A DNA stretch of 48,130 bases from Bacteroidota bacterium. GTDB lineage: Bacteria; Bacteroidota; Ignavibacteria; UBA10030; SZUA-254. A program made the position numbers and the translations under genes. The notes beneath the pieces were generated by a model. That model worked only from the letters and a program-made list of their open reading frames with translations, was not told the DNA's origin and made no database searches. Shown in pieces: positions 37,203 through 46,157 of the stretch (the stretch's first letter is position 1; every line of letters starts with the position of its first letter). The stretch lies in NCBI GenBank assembly GCA_033852415.1, contig JAWOMQ010000052.1:1-48130 (forward strand), given 5' to 3'.

Positions 37203-39947
37203 TCAAGAACAGCCCGATGTTTCCCCGCAATTTGCACATTTGTAACAGGTTCCGCTGCGCACCATGATGCTCCCGCAATTATGGCATGGTGGAGCGTCGG
37301 CTTGAGCTTGATAGACAGCCCGTTCGTCACGCTCCCGCGAACTCGCCGTGATGATCTTTTTATGATCGTTTATATCGCCTGCCGACAAATCACGGCTATC
37401 ATCGTTTCCCGGCGCTTCGTCAGGGGTAAGAAATTTCTTCGCAAGCCAACGGAAAATATAATCAAGGATCGATTTTGCTATAGGAATTTCCTTGTTATTG
37501 GTGAACCCGCTTGGCTCAAACCTCATATGAGAGAATTTCTCCGCAAGGACTCTGAGTGGCACGCCATATTGAAGGGCCATGGAAACGGAAGTTGCGAAGG
37601 CATCCATCAATCCGGAAATGGTCGAACCCTCTTTTGACATCGTTATGAAAATCTCACCCGGTACCCCGTCTTCGTATAATCCCACGGTGATGTATCCTTC
37701 GTGGCCGGCGATCGAGAATTTGTGGGTGATCGCCTGCCGCTCATCCGGGAGACGATGGCGGACCGCATTGTATACAGGTGCGCCGGTCTTTTGATCGATG
37801 CTGGTGTTGAGCGGCTGTGTGCGCTTGCATCCATCGCGGTAAATCGCAAGTGCCTTGAGCCCAAGTCGCCATGCTTCCACGTAGGTCTTGCTGATATCCT
37901 CCGGCGTGATATCGGTCGGCATATTGACGGTTTTGGAGATTGCTCCGGAAATATAGGGTTGCACTGCAGCCATCATTTTCACGTGGCCCATATAGTGGAT
38001 AGCCCTCGCTCCCCGGGCGGGTTTGAACGCGCAATCGAAAACGGGAAGGTGAGCCTCTTTCAGGTGCGGAGCACCCTCGATTGTATCATTTTTGTCGATG
38101 TACGCGATGATGTGCTCGATCTGTTCATCAATATATCCGAGCTGCTTCAGCGCCAGCGGAACAGTCTGATTAACGATTTTCAAGAATCCGCCGCCGACAA
38201 GTTTCTTATACTTCACAAGCGCAATGTCAGGTTCCACCCCCGTCGTATCACAGTCCATCATAAATCCGATCGTGCCAGTCGGGGCGAGAACCGTTGTTTG
38301 TGAGTTTCGGAAGCCATATTCTCGTCCGGCAGCATACACGTCATCCCACACCTTCCTGGCTGCGGTGAGTAAATCGCTGGGCACATAGCGATCCTCAATC
38401 CGGTCGGCTGCAAGGCCATGCATCTTCATCACCCGCATCATCGGCTCGCGGTTTTTTTCGAAACCTTTGAACGGTCCCATTTCTTTCGCAATGAGAGCTG
38501 ATTGTCTGTATGCTTGCCCGCACATCAGAGCCGTCACGGCTGCGGCGTACGCCCGTCCTTCCTCACTGTCGTATGGCAACCCTCTGGCCATCAGGAGGGC
38601 GCCAAGGTTTGCATAACCAAGGCCCAGCGGCCGGTAATCATAGCTGTTCTGGGCGATCTTTGTGGTCGGGTAACTTGCGTTGTCCACCTCTATTTCCTGT
38701 GCAGTGATCGTCATGCTCACTGCATGGCAGAATGATTCAATATCAAATTCTCCATCTTCAGTCCTGAACTTCATCATGTTCAGAGATGCGAGATTGCACG
38801 CTGAATCATCCAGGAACATATATTCACTGCATGGGTTCGAGGAATTGATGGGGGACGTATTAGAACATGTATGCCAGTTGTTAATTGTCGTGTGAAACTG
38901 GACGCCCGGGTCGCCGCAGATCCACGCTGCTTCAGCGATCTCCTTCATAATCTCCCGCGCACGGTAGGTTTCCATGACACGCCCGTCGATGACCGCTCGC
39001 GTTGACCAGGATTTGTCATCCACGACGGCACGCATGAACTCGTCAGTAACACGGACGGAGTGGTTGGCATTCTGATAGAAAACGGAATCGTAAGCACCGC
39101 CGGGGACGTTGAACCCGCCGTCGTAACCGGCATCGATGAGCGACCAGGCTTTCTTCTCTTCCTCGGCTTTGCACCGAATGAAATCCATGACGTCGGGATG
39201 GTCTGCATTGAGAATGACCATCTTTGCCGCGCGGCGTGTTTTGCCGCCCGACTTGATTACGCCCGCAAACGCATCATAACCCTTCATAAATGAAACAGGA
39301 CCCGAAGCGGTTCCGCCACCTGATAAGTTCTCTTTGGAAGAACGCAGCGTCGACAGATTGGAACCTGTCCCTGAACCCCACTTGAACAATCGACCTTCCG
39401 TTCGCGCGAGTTCGAGGATGGATTCCATCGTGTCATCAACGGAATTGATGAAACACGCTGAACACTGAGGTTTTTCCTCTATTCCGACATTAAACCAAAC
39501 CGGGCTGTTAAAGGACACATACTGGTGAACAAGGAGATAGGTCAGCTCCGCATAAAAGGTCTCAGCGTCGCTTTCTGTGACGAAGTATCCACCGTTCCTT
39601 CCCCAGGTTGTCATGGTTCGTGCAACACGGTCAACCAGTTGCCGGATGCTTGTTTCGCGCTCCGGACTGTCCATCTTCCCGTGAAAGTACTTCGACACGA
39701 CAACGTTCGCCGCGGTCATCGACCAGAATTTCGGAACTTCAACATCCTTCTGCTCGAAAATTGTTTCCCCGTGCTCATTGCTGATACTACAGGTTCGCAA
39801 TTCCCAGTCTATCTCATCGAAAGGATGGATCCCCGGCTTGGTGTGATATCGGCGGAATGTAAGACCCCGGCGCTGGGTTTTGGTCTCAATCCGTTGCGCA
39901 GCGGAGGTATCCGTACCACCGAGAATAGTGATTTCAGGGTTTGCCAT
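37203..39947 (-). CDS. nrdJ: Class II (adenosylcobalamin-dependent) ribonucleotide reductase
   Basis: The 914-aa ORF is collinear with the NrdJ-type RNR core. Motifs include NPCSEY around the active-site Cys, VLAPTGTI, and the C-terminal Cys-rich tail CHNCGSIMVRSGTCYKCANCGETSGC. A strong SD (AAGGAGGAG) lies upstream. Confidence 0.94.
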   Translation of the reverse strand: MANPEITILGGTDTSAAQRIETKTQRRGLTFRRYHTKPGIHPFDEIDWELRTCSISNEHGETIFEQKDVEVPKFWSMTAANVVVSKYFHGKMDSPERETSIRQLVDRVARTMTTWGRNGGYFVTESDAETFYAELTYLLVHQYVSFNSPVWFNVGIEEKPQCSACFINSVDDTMESILELARTEGRLFKWGSGTGSNLSTLRSSKENLSGGGTASGPVSFMKGYDAFAGVIKSGGKTRRAAKMVILNADHPDVMDFIRCKAEEEKKAWSLIDAGYDGGFNVPGGAYDSVFYQNANHSVRVTDEFMRAVVDDKSWSTRAVIDGRVMETYRAREIMKEIAEAAWICGDPGVQFHTTINNWHTCSNTSPINSSNPCSEYMFLDDSACNLASLNMMKFRTEDGEFDIESFCHAVSMTITAQEIEVDNASYPTTKIAQNSYDYRPLGLGYANLGALLMARGLPYDSEEGRAYAAAVTALMCGQAYRQSALIAKEMGPFKGFEKNREPMMRVMKMHGLAADRIEDRYVPSDLLTAARKVWDDVYAAGREYGFRNSQTTVLAPTGTIGFMMDCDTTGVEPDIALVKYKKLVGGGFLKIVNQTVPLALKQLGYIDEQIEHIIAYIDKNDTIEGAPHLKEAHLPVFDCAFKPARGARAIHYMGHVKMMAAVQPYISGAISKTVNMPTDITPEDISKTYVEAWRLGLKALAIYRDGCKRTQPLNTSIDQKTGAPVYNAVRHRLPDERQAITHKFSIAGHEGYITVGLYEDGVPGEIFITMSKEGSTISGLMDAFATSVSMALQYGVPLRVLAEKFSHMRFEPSGFTNNKEIPIAKSILDYIFRWLAKKFLTPDEAPGNDDSRDLSAGDINDHKKIITASSRERDERAVYQAQADAPPCHNCGSIMVRSGTCYKCANCGETSGCS

Positions 39948-40147
39948 TCATCTCCTCCTTCTCTTTGTATGATACATAAAAGAATGATGTCCCTCAAGAG
40001 ATTCCGATGTGGGAACCCTGGGAACTTAAGAACGATTTCAGGTGTAATTACGACTAGCTGGTCGTTATTTTATACTACCAACTGGGCAGCGGGAGTCGTA
40101 TAAAATCAACTGTACCATCATCCCTCACCTGCAAGAACATGGGTTGA

Positions 40148-40176
40148 AATATATACAGTTGCAGGTAAGAAGTCAA
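40148..40176 (-). promoter_or_regulatory. Near-consensus sigma70-type promoter for nrdJ
   Basis: On the minus strand, TTGACT (40171-40176), an exact 17-nt spacer, then TATATT (40148-40153). It lies about 200 nt upstream of the nrdJ ATG. The call is sequence pattern only. Confidence 0.4.
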
Positions 40177-40421
40177 GTGAAAAATGAAAAAAAATTTGTG
40201 ACGTCAAGAGAAATATTGCAACTCCATCTCTTCCCCCGGAGCGATCTATCGAAATCTAAACGCCAAGCGCTGGTTTTTTCCCGATAACGATCATATTATT
40301 CCACATCTCCATGTCCTGTATCCTCATCATATAATAGAGACACCTCAAATTAAGAGCTGAATGGGTGATTTTTTTCCGGCAGAATGTTACCTTAGTAAAA
40401 TACTGAAGGAGAGTGCACGCA

Positions 40422-42236
40422 GTGTCTACACTAGTAAATTTCGTTACCCTCGTGGAAATGTACGATCGGCTGATGGAACGTTTTTCCCGGACCGATCGGT
40501 GTGTCCTGCGATACAAGTCCGGAGGGAAGTACAAAACCATGGCCTTCGCTGAACTCGATGAGCATGTGACATCTGTTGCCGCCGGACTTGCCGCAGTGGG
40601 AGTTCACCGCGGTGACCGCATCGCACTCATATCGGAAAATCGCCCGGAATGGATCATCACTGATTTTGCCCTGATGCACCTCGGTGCGATCAATGTCTCC
40701 ATCTTTCCTACGCTTGCGCAGAAGCAGATTCAATTCATTCTTCAGAACGCAGGCGTCACGGTTGCCATCGTTTCCAATCTTCTCAGCATGAAGAAGTTGC
40801 TCCAGATCCGGGATGGGATCCCCTCATTGCGAATGATTATCCATTTTTTTGAAAATGATTCTTCCGATCCAATGCTTCTTTCCCTTCAGACGCTAAAAAC
40901 AAAAGGCCAAGCGTTCCTACGGGAACATCCTGACTATCTGAGAGATGAAAAAGCCAAGGTCTCCCCTGATGATCTCCTAACATTGATTTATACGTCCGGG
41001 ACAACCGGAACTCCAAGAGGAGTCGAGTTGACGCACCGAAACCTTGTCAGCAACATAAGCGCCTCGGCGGATTCAATCCCATTTTCGGACGGCGACAGTG
41101 TTCTTTCATTCTTGCCGCTCTGTCACTCGTACGAACGGATGGCGGGGTATTACGCGGCAATGGCATGCGGCGTTAATATCGCCTATGCCGAGAGTGTGGA
41201 TACGGTGTTCGAAAATCTGGTCGAGATCCGACCTACCGTTGTGACAACAGTGCCGCGCCTCTTCGAGAGAATGTACCAACGGCTGATGCGGCGCGCTGAA
41301 GAATCCGCACCCTGGAGACGTGCATTGTTTTACCGTTCAGTGGAAGTGGGCAAGAGATATCACGCTGCACGAAAATCCGGGAAGATCGATTTGCTTACCT
41401 CACTCCAGTACCGACTGGCCGATAAGTTGGTTTTTCAAAAAATACGAAAACGCACCGGGGAAAATGTCCGTTTTTTTATCTCGGGCGGTGCTCCCTTATC
41501 GCGGGATCTCGGGATATTTTTCGAGGCAGTAGGTATACTGATTCTGGAAGGATATGGTATGACGGAGGCATCGCCGGTCATCAGCTTTAACCGGTTAGAT
41601 CGGTATAAATTCGGAACTGTAGGGCTCCCGATTCCGAATGTTCAGGTTAAAATATCATATGACAATGAGATTCTGGTGAAGGGGCCCAATGTCATGCGCG
41701 GGTACTGGGGTGACCAGGCGGCTACGCGAGAGGTGATCGATGGTGAAGGTTGGCTTCATACAGGAGACATTGGTTTTATTGACCAGGATGGGTTTCTTGT
41801 GATTACGGATCGGAAGAAGCATCTCTTCGTGACTTCAGGCGGCAAGAATATTGCTCCGCAGCATATAGAGTCGCTTTTCCTCCGTAATTACCTTATTGAC
41901 CAGTTCATCCTTATCGGAGATGGGCGAAAATATCTAACGGCGATTATCGTTCCGAACTTTGAAGGGCTCCGACAGGTGGGAAGTGGAATGGGCCTCGCCG
42001 CGACAACTATTGAAGAGCTCGCACGGCATCAGAAGATCTATGAGCATTATGAACGTGAGATGAACAAAATGCAAAAAGAGCTCGCAAGCTATGAAAGGAT
42101 CAGGAAGTTTGCAATCCTCGATCATCCCTTGACCATCGAAGAAGGGGAGATCACTCCCGCGCAAAAGGTAAAGCGCAAGATCATTGAAGAACGATACAAA
42201 GCCATCATTGAGAAGATGTATTCTGAACTCGATTGA
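40422..42236 (+). CDS. Long-chain fatty acid--CoA ligase (AMP-forming, FadD/FAA1-like)
   Basis: Contains the AMP-binding motif IYTSGTTGTPRGVELTH, GYGMTE, and GWLHTGDIGFIDQDGFLVITDRKK. I place the start at GTG 40422, which is 9 nt after AGGAG. The track start at 40413 overlaps the SD itself. Confidence 0.9.
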   Translation: MSTLVNFVTLVEMYDRLMERFSRTDRCVLRYKSGGKYKTMAFAELDEHVTSVAAGLAAVGVHRGDRIALISENRPEWIITDFALMHLGAINVSIFPTLAQKQIQFILQNAGVTVAIVSNLLSMKKLLQIRDGIPSLRMIIHFFENDSSDPMLLSLQTLKTKGQAFLREHPDYLRDEKAKVSPDDLLTLIYTSGTTGTPRGVELTHRNLVSNISASADSIPFSDGDSVLSFLPLCHSYERMAGYYAAMACGVNIAYAESVDTVFENLVEIRPTVVTTVPRLFERMYQRLMRRAEESAPWRRALFYRSVEVGKRYHAARKSGKIDLLTSLQYRLADKLVFQKIRKRTGENVRFFISGGAPLSRDLGIFFEAVGILILEGYGMTEASPVISFNRLDRYKFGTVGLPIPNVQVKISYDNEILVKGPNVMRGYWGDQAATREVIDGEGWLHTGDIGFIDQDGFLVITDRKKHLFVTSGGKNIAPQHIESLFLRNYLIDQFILIGDGRKYLTAIIVPNFEGLRQVGSGMGLAATTIEELARHQKIYEHYEREMNKMQKELASYERIRKFAILDHPLTIEEGEITPAQKVKRKIIEERYKAIIEKMYSELD

Positions 42237-42337
42237 GCTAATCTTGACTATTTCCGTGAAATTGGATATTTTAGTCCTAGATTCGCTTGTTTTATCTTAT
42301 CTCTGGTAACAACTTCGTTCTTTGAAAAGGTGATTGC

Positions 42338-43462
42338 ATGAACTCAACCTATGAACTGGTGATTGATCCGCGGACTGACCTGGTCTCCGGGGGCTTATGG
42401 CTCCGGAGTAAAACGTGGGATCTTTCCTTCATTAGTCTGAGCGTGCTTCTGGTCCCGATCCCTTTTCTCACCTACTATTTTGCGAACGAAGCAACACCTT
42501 TCCTGAATAAGCTCTTTGCGTTGATTGGTCTGAACTTCACGTGGGATGACGACGCGAGCCGCAATCTCGTCAATGGAATGATCGCATTGTTCATCGGCGG
42601 ACCGCACATGTACGCCACGTATACGAGAACAGCGTTGGACAGAAACTTTACCAGGAGGCACAAGACGTTCATGTCGCTTTCGCTTCTGATTCCTGTCATG
42701 GTCATTCTCCTGGGCGTATTTCAATTCCGGCTCCTGATTACACTTTTCTTTTTCTGGGCGTCGATTCACATTATTCACCAGGCGTCATACATCGTCGACT
42801 GCTACTCGCGGAGACAGCCAAAGTTGCCCCCGCTCTCCTCGCGTTTGATCGATTACGCGGTCCTTTTTTCTGCTCTCTACCCGATTGCTACATACAAATT
42901 CATCCATGAGGAATTTACAATTGGCTCCAATAAAATCCTTTTTCCGGAGTTCCTCAGGAGTGATTATCTGTTCTATTTTGTGACGGCATTTTTTATCGCA
43001 TCCGTCACGATGTTTGTCTGGAAAACGGTTAACGAAATTAGATCCGGAACAGCTCACTATCCCAAAATTCTCCTGATTTCCCTTACGGCAATTGTCGCGT
43101 TTTTTATCCCTGCGTTCAAGAATCTGGATGTTGCATTTCAGGGTTTCAACACATGGCATTCATTCCAGTACCTCGGGCTGACCTATTATATCAACAGGCT
43201 GAGGCACGAGCGGGGAGAAATCGGGACGAAATTCATCGACAAGATCTCTCAGGATGGCAAGACATGGGAATATTATTTCTTTAACGTGGGTTTGACGGCG
43301 TGTGCCGTCGGGACGATCGCATTGCTTATTATCCTTAAGCCTGTGCTTGGGTTGTCTTTTGACCAGTGTTACTATATTGTTGTGCTTTCGTTTCTCCTTA
43401 TGCATTATCTGCACGACCACTTGCTCTTCACAAAATCGGAAGAAGTTGTATTGGCACAGTAA
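42338..43462 (+). CDS. Uncharacterised polytopic membrane protein (about 10 TM) with conserved-looking histidine motifs
   Basis: 374-aa ORF preceded by an SD-like AAAGGTGA, with about 10 hydrophobic helices. The His motifs sit at helix ends: GGPHMYATY, SIHIIHQASY, NTWHSFQY and MHYLHDH. I recognise no family. Confidence 0.7.
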   Translation: MNSTYELVIDPRTDLVSGGLWLRSKTWDLSFISLSVLLVPIPFLTYYFANEATPFLNKLFALIGLNFTWDDDASRNLVNGMIALFIGGPHMYATYTRTALDRNFTRRHKTFMSLSLLIPVMVILLGVFQFRLLITLFFFWASIHIIHQASYIVDCYSRRQPKLPPLSSRLIDYAVLFSALYPIATYKFIHEEFTIGSNKILFPEFLRSDYLFYFVTAFFIASVTMFVWKTVNEIRSGTAHYPKILLISLTAIVAFFIPAFKNLDVAFQGFNTWHSFQYLGLTYYINRLRHERGEIGTKFIDKISQDGKTWEYYFFNVGLTACAVGTIALLIILKPVLGLSFDQCYYIVVLSFLLMHYLHDHLLFTKSEEVVLAQ

Positions 43463-43547
43463 ATCCAGATAGACTGTCACCCCGTAAGGCTGATTTTCCC
43501 TTTCTTCGAAGAGTACCGTGTAAGTCCAGATGGTGATGGAGTTATCT

Positions 43548-44264
43548 ATGAAAGATGACCGCAGCTCTGGTAAAGTGAGTCTGGTCCGTACTCTCTCCAA
43601 GTTTGGGTATTGCTCCCGGTCCCGGGCAATAGTTCTTGTCAATCAGGGCAGAGTTATGCTGAACGGACGGATTGTGCGCAACCCGGCGCTACGATGTTTG
43701 CCGGACAAATCCGTAATCAAAGTTGATGGCAGGCGGATAAGACCATCCACTCGTGTGTACATCGCTATGAACAAACCTGCTGGTATCGTTACTACCCGCT
43801 CAGATGAGCGCCAGCGGCGGACAGTATATGATCTCCTTGGTGAATACGGACATTGGCTGTTCCCTGTTGGACGGCTCGACAAAGAAACATCAGGGCTGCT
43901 CATCTTTACGAACGACTCGCGTCTGGGTGATCAGTTGACCAATCCTCTCTCCAAACTCCCCAAAGAGTATCAGGTCACACTTGATAAGGAGTTGAAGGAT
44001 GAGGATCGTAGGAGCTTTGAAGCCGGCATGATGCTCGATGGCGTTAACCTGTTGCCGGTCAGCGTCAGGAACGTTCGCTCCTGTGAGATTCTCATGACCT
44101 TACGGGAGGGAAAAAACCGTCAGGTACGGCGCATGTGTGAACATCTTGGCTATCAGGTAAAGTGTCTTAAACGGATAAAGATCGGAAGGCTGGCTCTTCC
44201 CGCTCTGAAATCCGGAGAATGGCGCTATCTGACTCCTCGAGAAGTCGAATTACTCAGAGCATAA
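43548..44264 (+). CDS. Pseudouridine synthase, RsuA/RluB family, with an N-terminal S4 domain
   Basis: Contains an S4-like region (LSKFGYCSRSRAIVLVNQGRVMLNGRIV) and the catalytic motif VGRLDKETSGLLIFTND. ATG 43548 lies 6 nt after GGAG. The track start at 43530 is also possible. Confidence 0.9.
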   Translation: MKDDRSSGKVSLVRTLSKFGYCSRSRAIVLVNQGRVMLNGRIVRNPALRCLPDKSVIKVDGRRIRPSTRVYIAMNKPAGIVTTRSDERQRRTVYDLLGEYGHWLFPVGRLDKETSGLLIFTNDSRLGDQLTNPLSKLPKEYQVTLDKELKDEDRRSFEAGMMLDGVNLLPVSVRNVRSCEILMTLREGKNRQVRRMCEHLGYQVKCLKRIKIGRLALPALKSGEWRYLTPREVELLRA

Positions 44265-44291
44265 GAGAGGATAAGTACCGGAGGGCGTTGC

Positions 44292-44756
44292 ATGGCAAAC
44301 ATCCATTCTACAATGGTCGAAGTGTGTGTCTGGGCGATGAGCAAGGATCAGCCAATTTATCTTCTTCTCCGGAGAAGGGACGACGAACGGGTCTATCCGG
44401 GCATCTGGCAATATGTTACTGGATCGATTGAAGCTGGAGAAAAGGCTGATGAAGCTGCAATCAGAGAGCTCAGGGAGGAAACAGATTTCGAGCCGATCCA
44501 TTTCTGGTGCGTCCCTCATATAAACTCCTTCTACGATCCTTCTCACGATTCTGTCAACCTTATGCCTCTTTTTGCCGCGCAGGTGCGGGAAGGGATTCCG
44601 CCAAAGCTTTCTGCAGAGCACGCTGAATATCGGTGGCTTGAATTCACAGAAGCCAGGAGAAGGCTGGTCTGGCCCGGGCAACGGGAGGGATTGAGGATAG
44701 TTCATGAATATTTTGTTGGCGGCGAAAAGGCCTCAAACCTGTTGAAATTGATATAG
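44292..44756 (+). CDS. NUDIX hydrolase
   Basis: 154-aa ORF with the NUDIX box GSIEAGEKADEAAIRELREETDF and GGAGGG as an SD upstream. Confidence 0.88.
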   Translation: MANIHSTMVEVCVWAMSKDQPIYLLLRRRDDERVYPGIWQYVTGSIEAGEKADEAAIRELREETDFEPIHFWCVPHINSFYDPSHDSVNLMPLFAAQVREGIPPKLSAEHAEYRWLEFTEARRRLVWPGQREGLRIVHEYFVGGEKASNLLKLI

Positions 44757-44861
44757 TCTGCCTACCCAATATCTGGCCGTTGTCAACCAAATTGAACGGT
44801 AGATAGTCTAAATAGGTAGTTCGCGGGGACCAATTTCACAATTTTTTCAAAAGGAGATCGT

Positions 44862-45884
44862 ATGGCAGTGCACAGGTTTTTGGCGCTTTTTCTTGTCGTT
44901 TCATGCGCGTTGTGTTTTGTGAATTACTCATACGGGCAACGAGCGGTGGAATTAATGAACCTGAGTGAGGCACTTGGCCACGGTCGTCTCGGGGTCATGA
45001 TTCAGGATGTAACACCCCGACTCGCAAAAGACAAAAATCTTTCCGTTTCATCTGGAGCCTACGTCACAGATGTCGTCGAAGAGAGTCCCGCTGACGAGGC
45101 CGGAATTGAGGAAGGCGATGTCATCGTTAAATTTGGCGACCGGCAGATTGATGATAGTGGCGATCTGACGAACGCCGTACGGAAAGTCAAAGCGGCAACC
45201 GACATTAAGATCGAAGTGCTTCGTAAAGGTGATCACAAAACTTTGACGGCGACTCTCCCAAAAGAGCGGCGCAGGAGTGAGTATTCGTTCAATTTTACTC
45301 CGCCCCGAGTCCCGAAAATTCCTCCCATGCATTTTCGGTTCAGGTCATTTATGCAGGAGGATATCGAAGGGATGAATGTTGAGGAAATTTCGAAACAGCT
45401 TGCCGACTATTTTGAAGTTCCTTCTCACCGTGGGTTGCTCGTTGTTGAAGTGCGCGCGGGCAGCGAGGCGGATAAAGCGGGGGTGAAAGCTGGCGATGTC
45501 CTGATAAAGGTAAACGATGAATCGGTGCGCGATATCGAGGGGCTGAGGGATGGCTTGTCGGATGCCAAGAACCATGAATCATCTCTTGAGATCATCAGGA
45601 AGGGGAAAACGGTTTCCCTCAAAATCCACGTTGAAGGAGATGATGAGGATGATGATGCGTTGCTCAATGGGATTCAGACGACGCCGTGTCCGGATCATAC
45701 CTCGGCCGGAGTTCGGGGAAAGATTTTCTCAAAGGATTTCTTGCGAGATATGCTGCAATCCCTGGAAGAGATAAAGGATAGCATATTCCACAGCATCGAG
45801 GCGACGACGTCACACATCAGGGCGTCGTTCGCGAAACTGTGGATCAAGAAAGAAAATACAAGTATTCCTATCAGGCAGTCCTGA
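44862..45884 (+). CDS. Secreted tandem-PDZ protein (HtrA/DegP-like PDZ domains without a protease domain)
   Basis: 340-aa ORF with signal peptide MAVHRFLALFLVVSCALCFVNYSYG. Two PDZ-like units are present (GAYVTDVVEESPADEAGIEEGDVIVKFGD and GLLVVEVRAGSEADKAGVKAGDVLIKVND). There is no His-Asp-Ser protease region. AAGGAG serves as the SD. Confidence 0.8.
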   Translation: MAVHRFLALFLVVSCALCFVNYSYGQRAVELMNLSEALGHGRLGVMIQDVTPRLAKDKNLSVSSGAYVTDVVEESPADEAGIEEGDVIVKFGDRQIDDSGDLTNAVRKVKAATDIKIEVLRKGDHKTLTATLPKERRRSEYSFNFTPPRVPKIPPMHFRFRSFMQEDIEGMNVEEISKQLADYFEVPSHRGLLVVEVRAGSEADKAGVKAGDVLIKVNDESVRDIEGLRDGLSDAKNHESSLEIIRKGKTVSLKIHVEGDDEDDDALLNGIQTTPCPDHTSAGVRGKIFSKDFLRDMLQSLEEIKDSIFHSIEATTSHIRASFAKLWIKKENTSIPIRQS

Positions 45885-46157
45885 CGGTCCGGGCAAGAGC
45901 CGGTAAGCATATTGTTGCACAGGTTTGGGTACACCTGATCTCCGGGGAGTGTCCTTGGTCAACGTGAGGTCGACAGCTTCGTAAATTGTGTTGCGGCGCC
46001 AGCGACGGAAGAACCGGGACGGTCCGAGTTGACGTTCCAGAATTATTTTGTATATTTCTCCTACCGAATCGATTTCTGATCCCTTATTTGTGGGTTGCCA
46101 CAGACTCCAAGATCCCTAAAAAAATCACTACTCTATATTAGTAACGTCGGGCACATT

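Noticed and set aside
39948-40140. Cobalamin riboswitch or NrdR box in the nrdJ leader
   Set aside because: ACCTGC and CTGTA fragments are present. The B12-box, GCCACTG and GGTGAAAATCC-type core elements are absent on the transcribed (minus) strand. The AT-rich core AACTGTATATATTTCA matches the 16-bp NrdR palindrome at only a few positions. I kept it as a generic operator/leader finding instead.
40256-40540. 94-aa minus-strand ORF in the nrdJ/fadD intergenic region
   Set aside because: It overlaps the SD and N-terminal codons of the fadD-like gene on the opposite strand. It has no RBS and no recognisable domain.
5236-43642. Other long shadow ORFs of 160-216 aa. Examples: 5236-5871(+), 12256-12843(+), 16767-17354(-), 17839-18489(-), 29296-29919(-), 31684-32250(-), 37701-38303(+), 39525-40103(+), 43160-43642(-).
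   Set aside because: Each lies entirely or mostly antisense to a confidently identified gene (the BNR protein, valS, purM, the kinase, gcvP, nrdJ and others). All have Arg/Pro/Ser-rich composition and no motifs. Such ORFs are expected by chance at about 50% GC.
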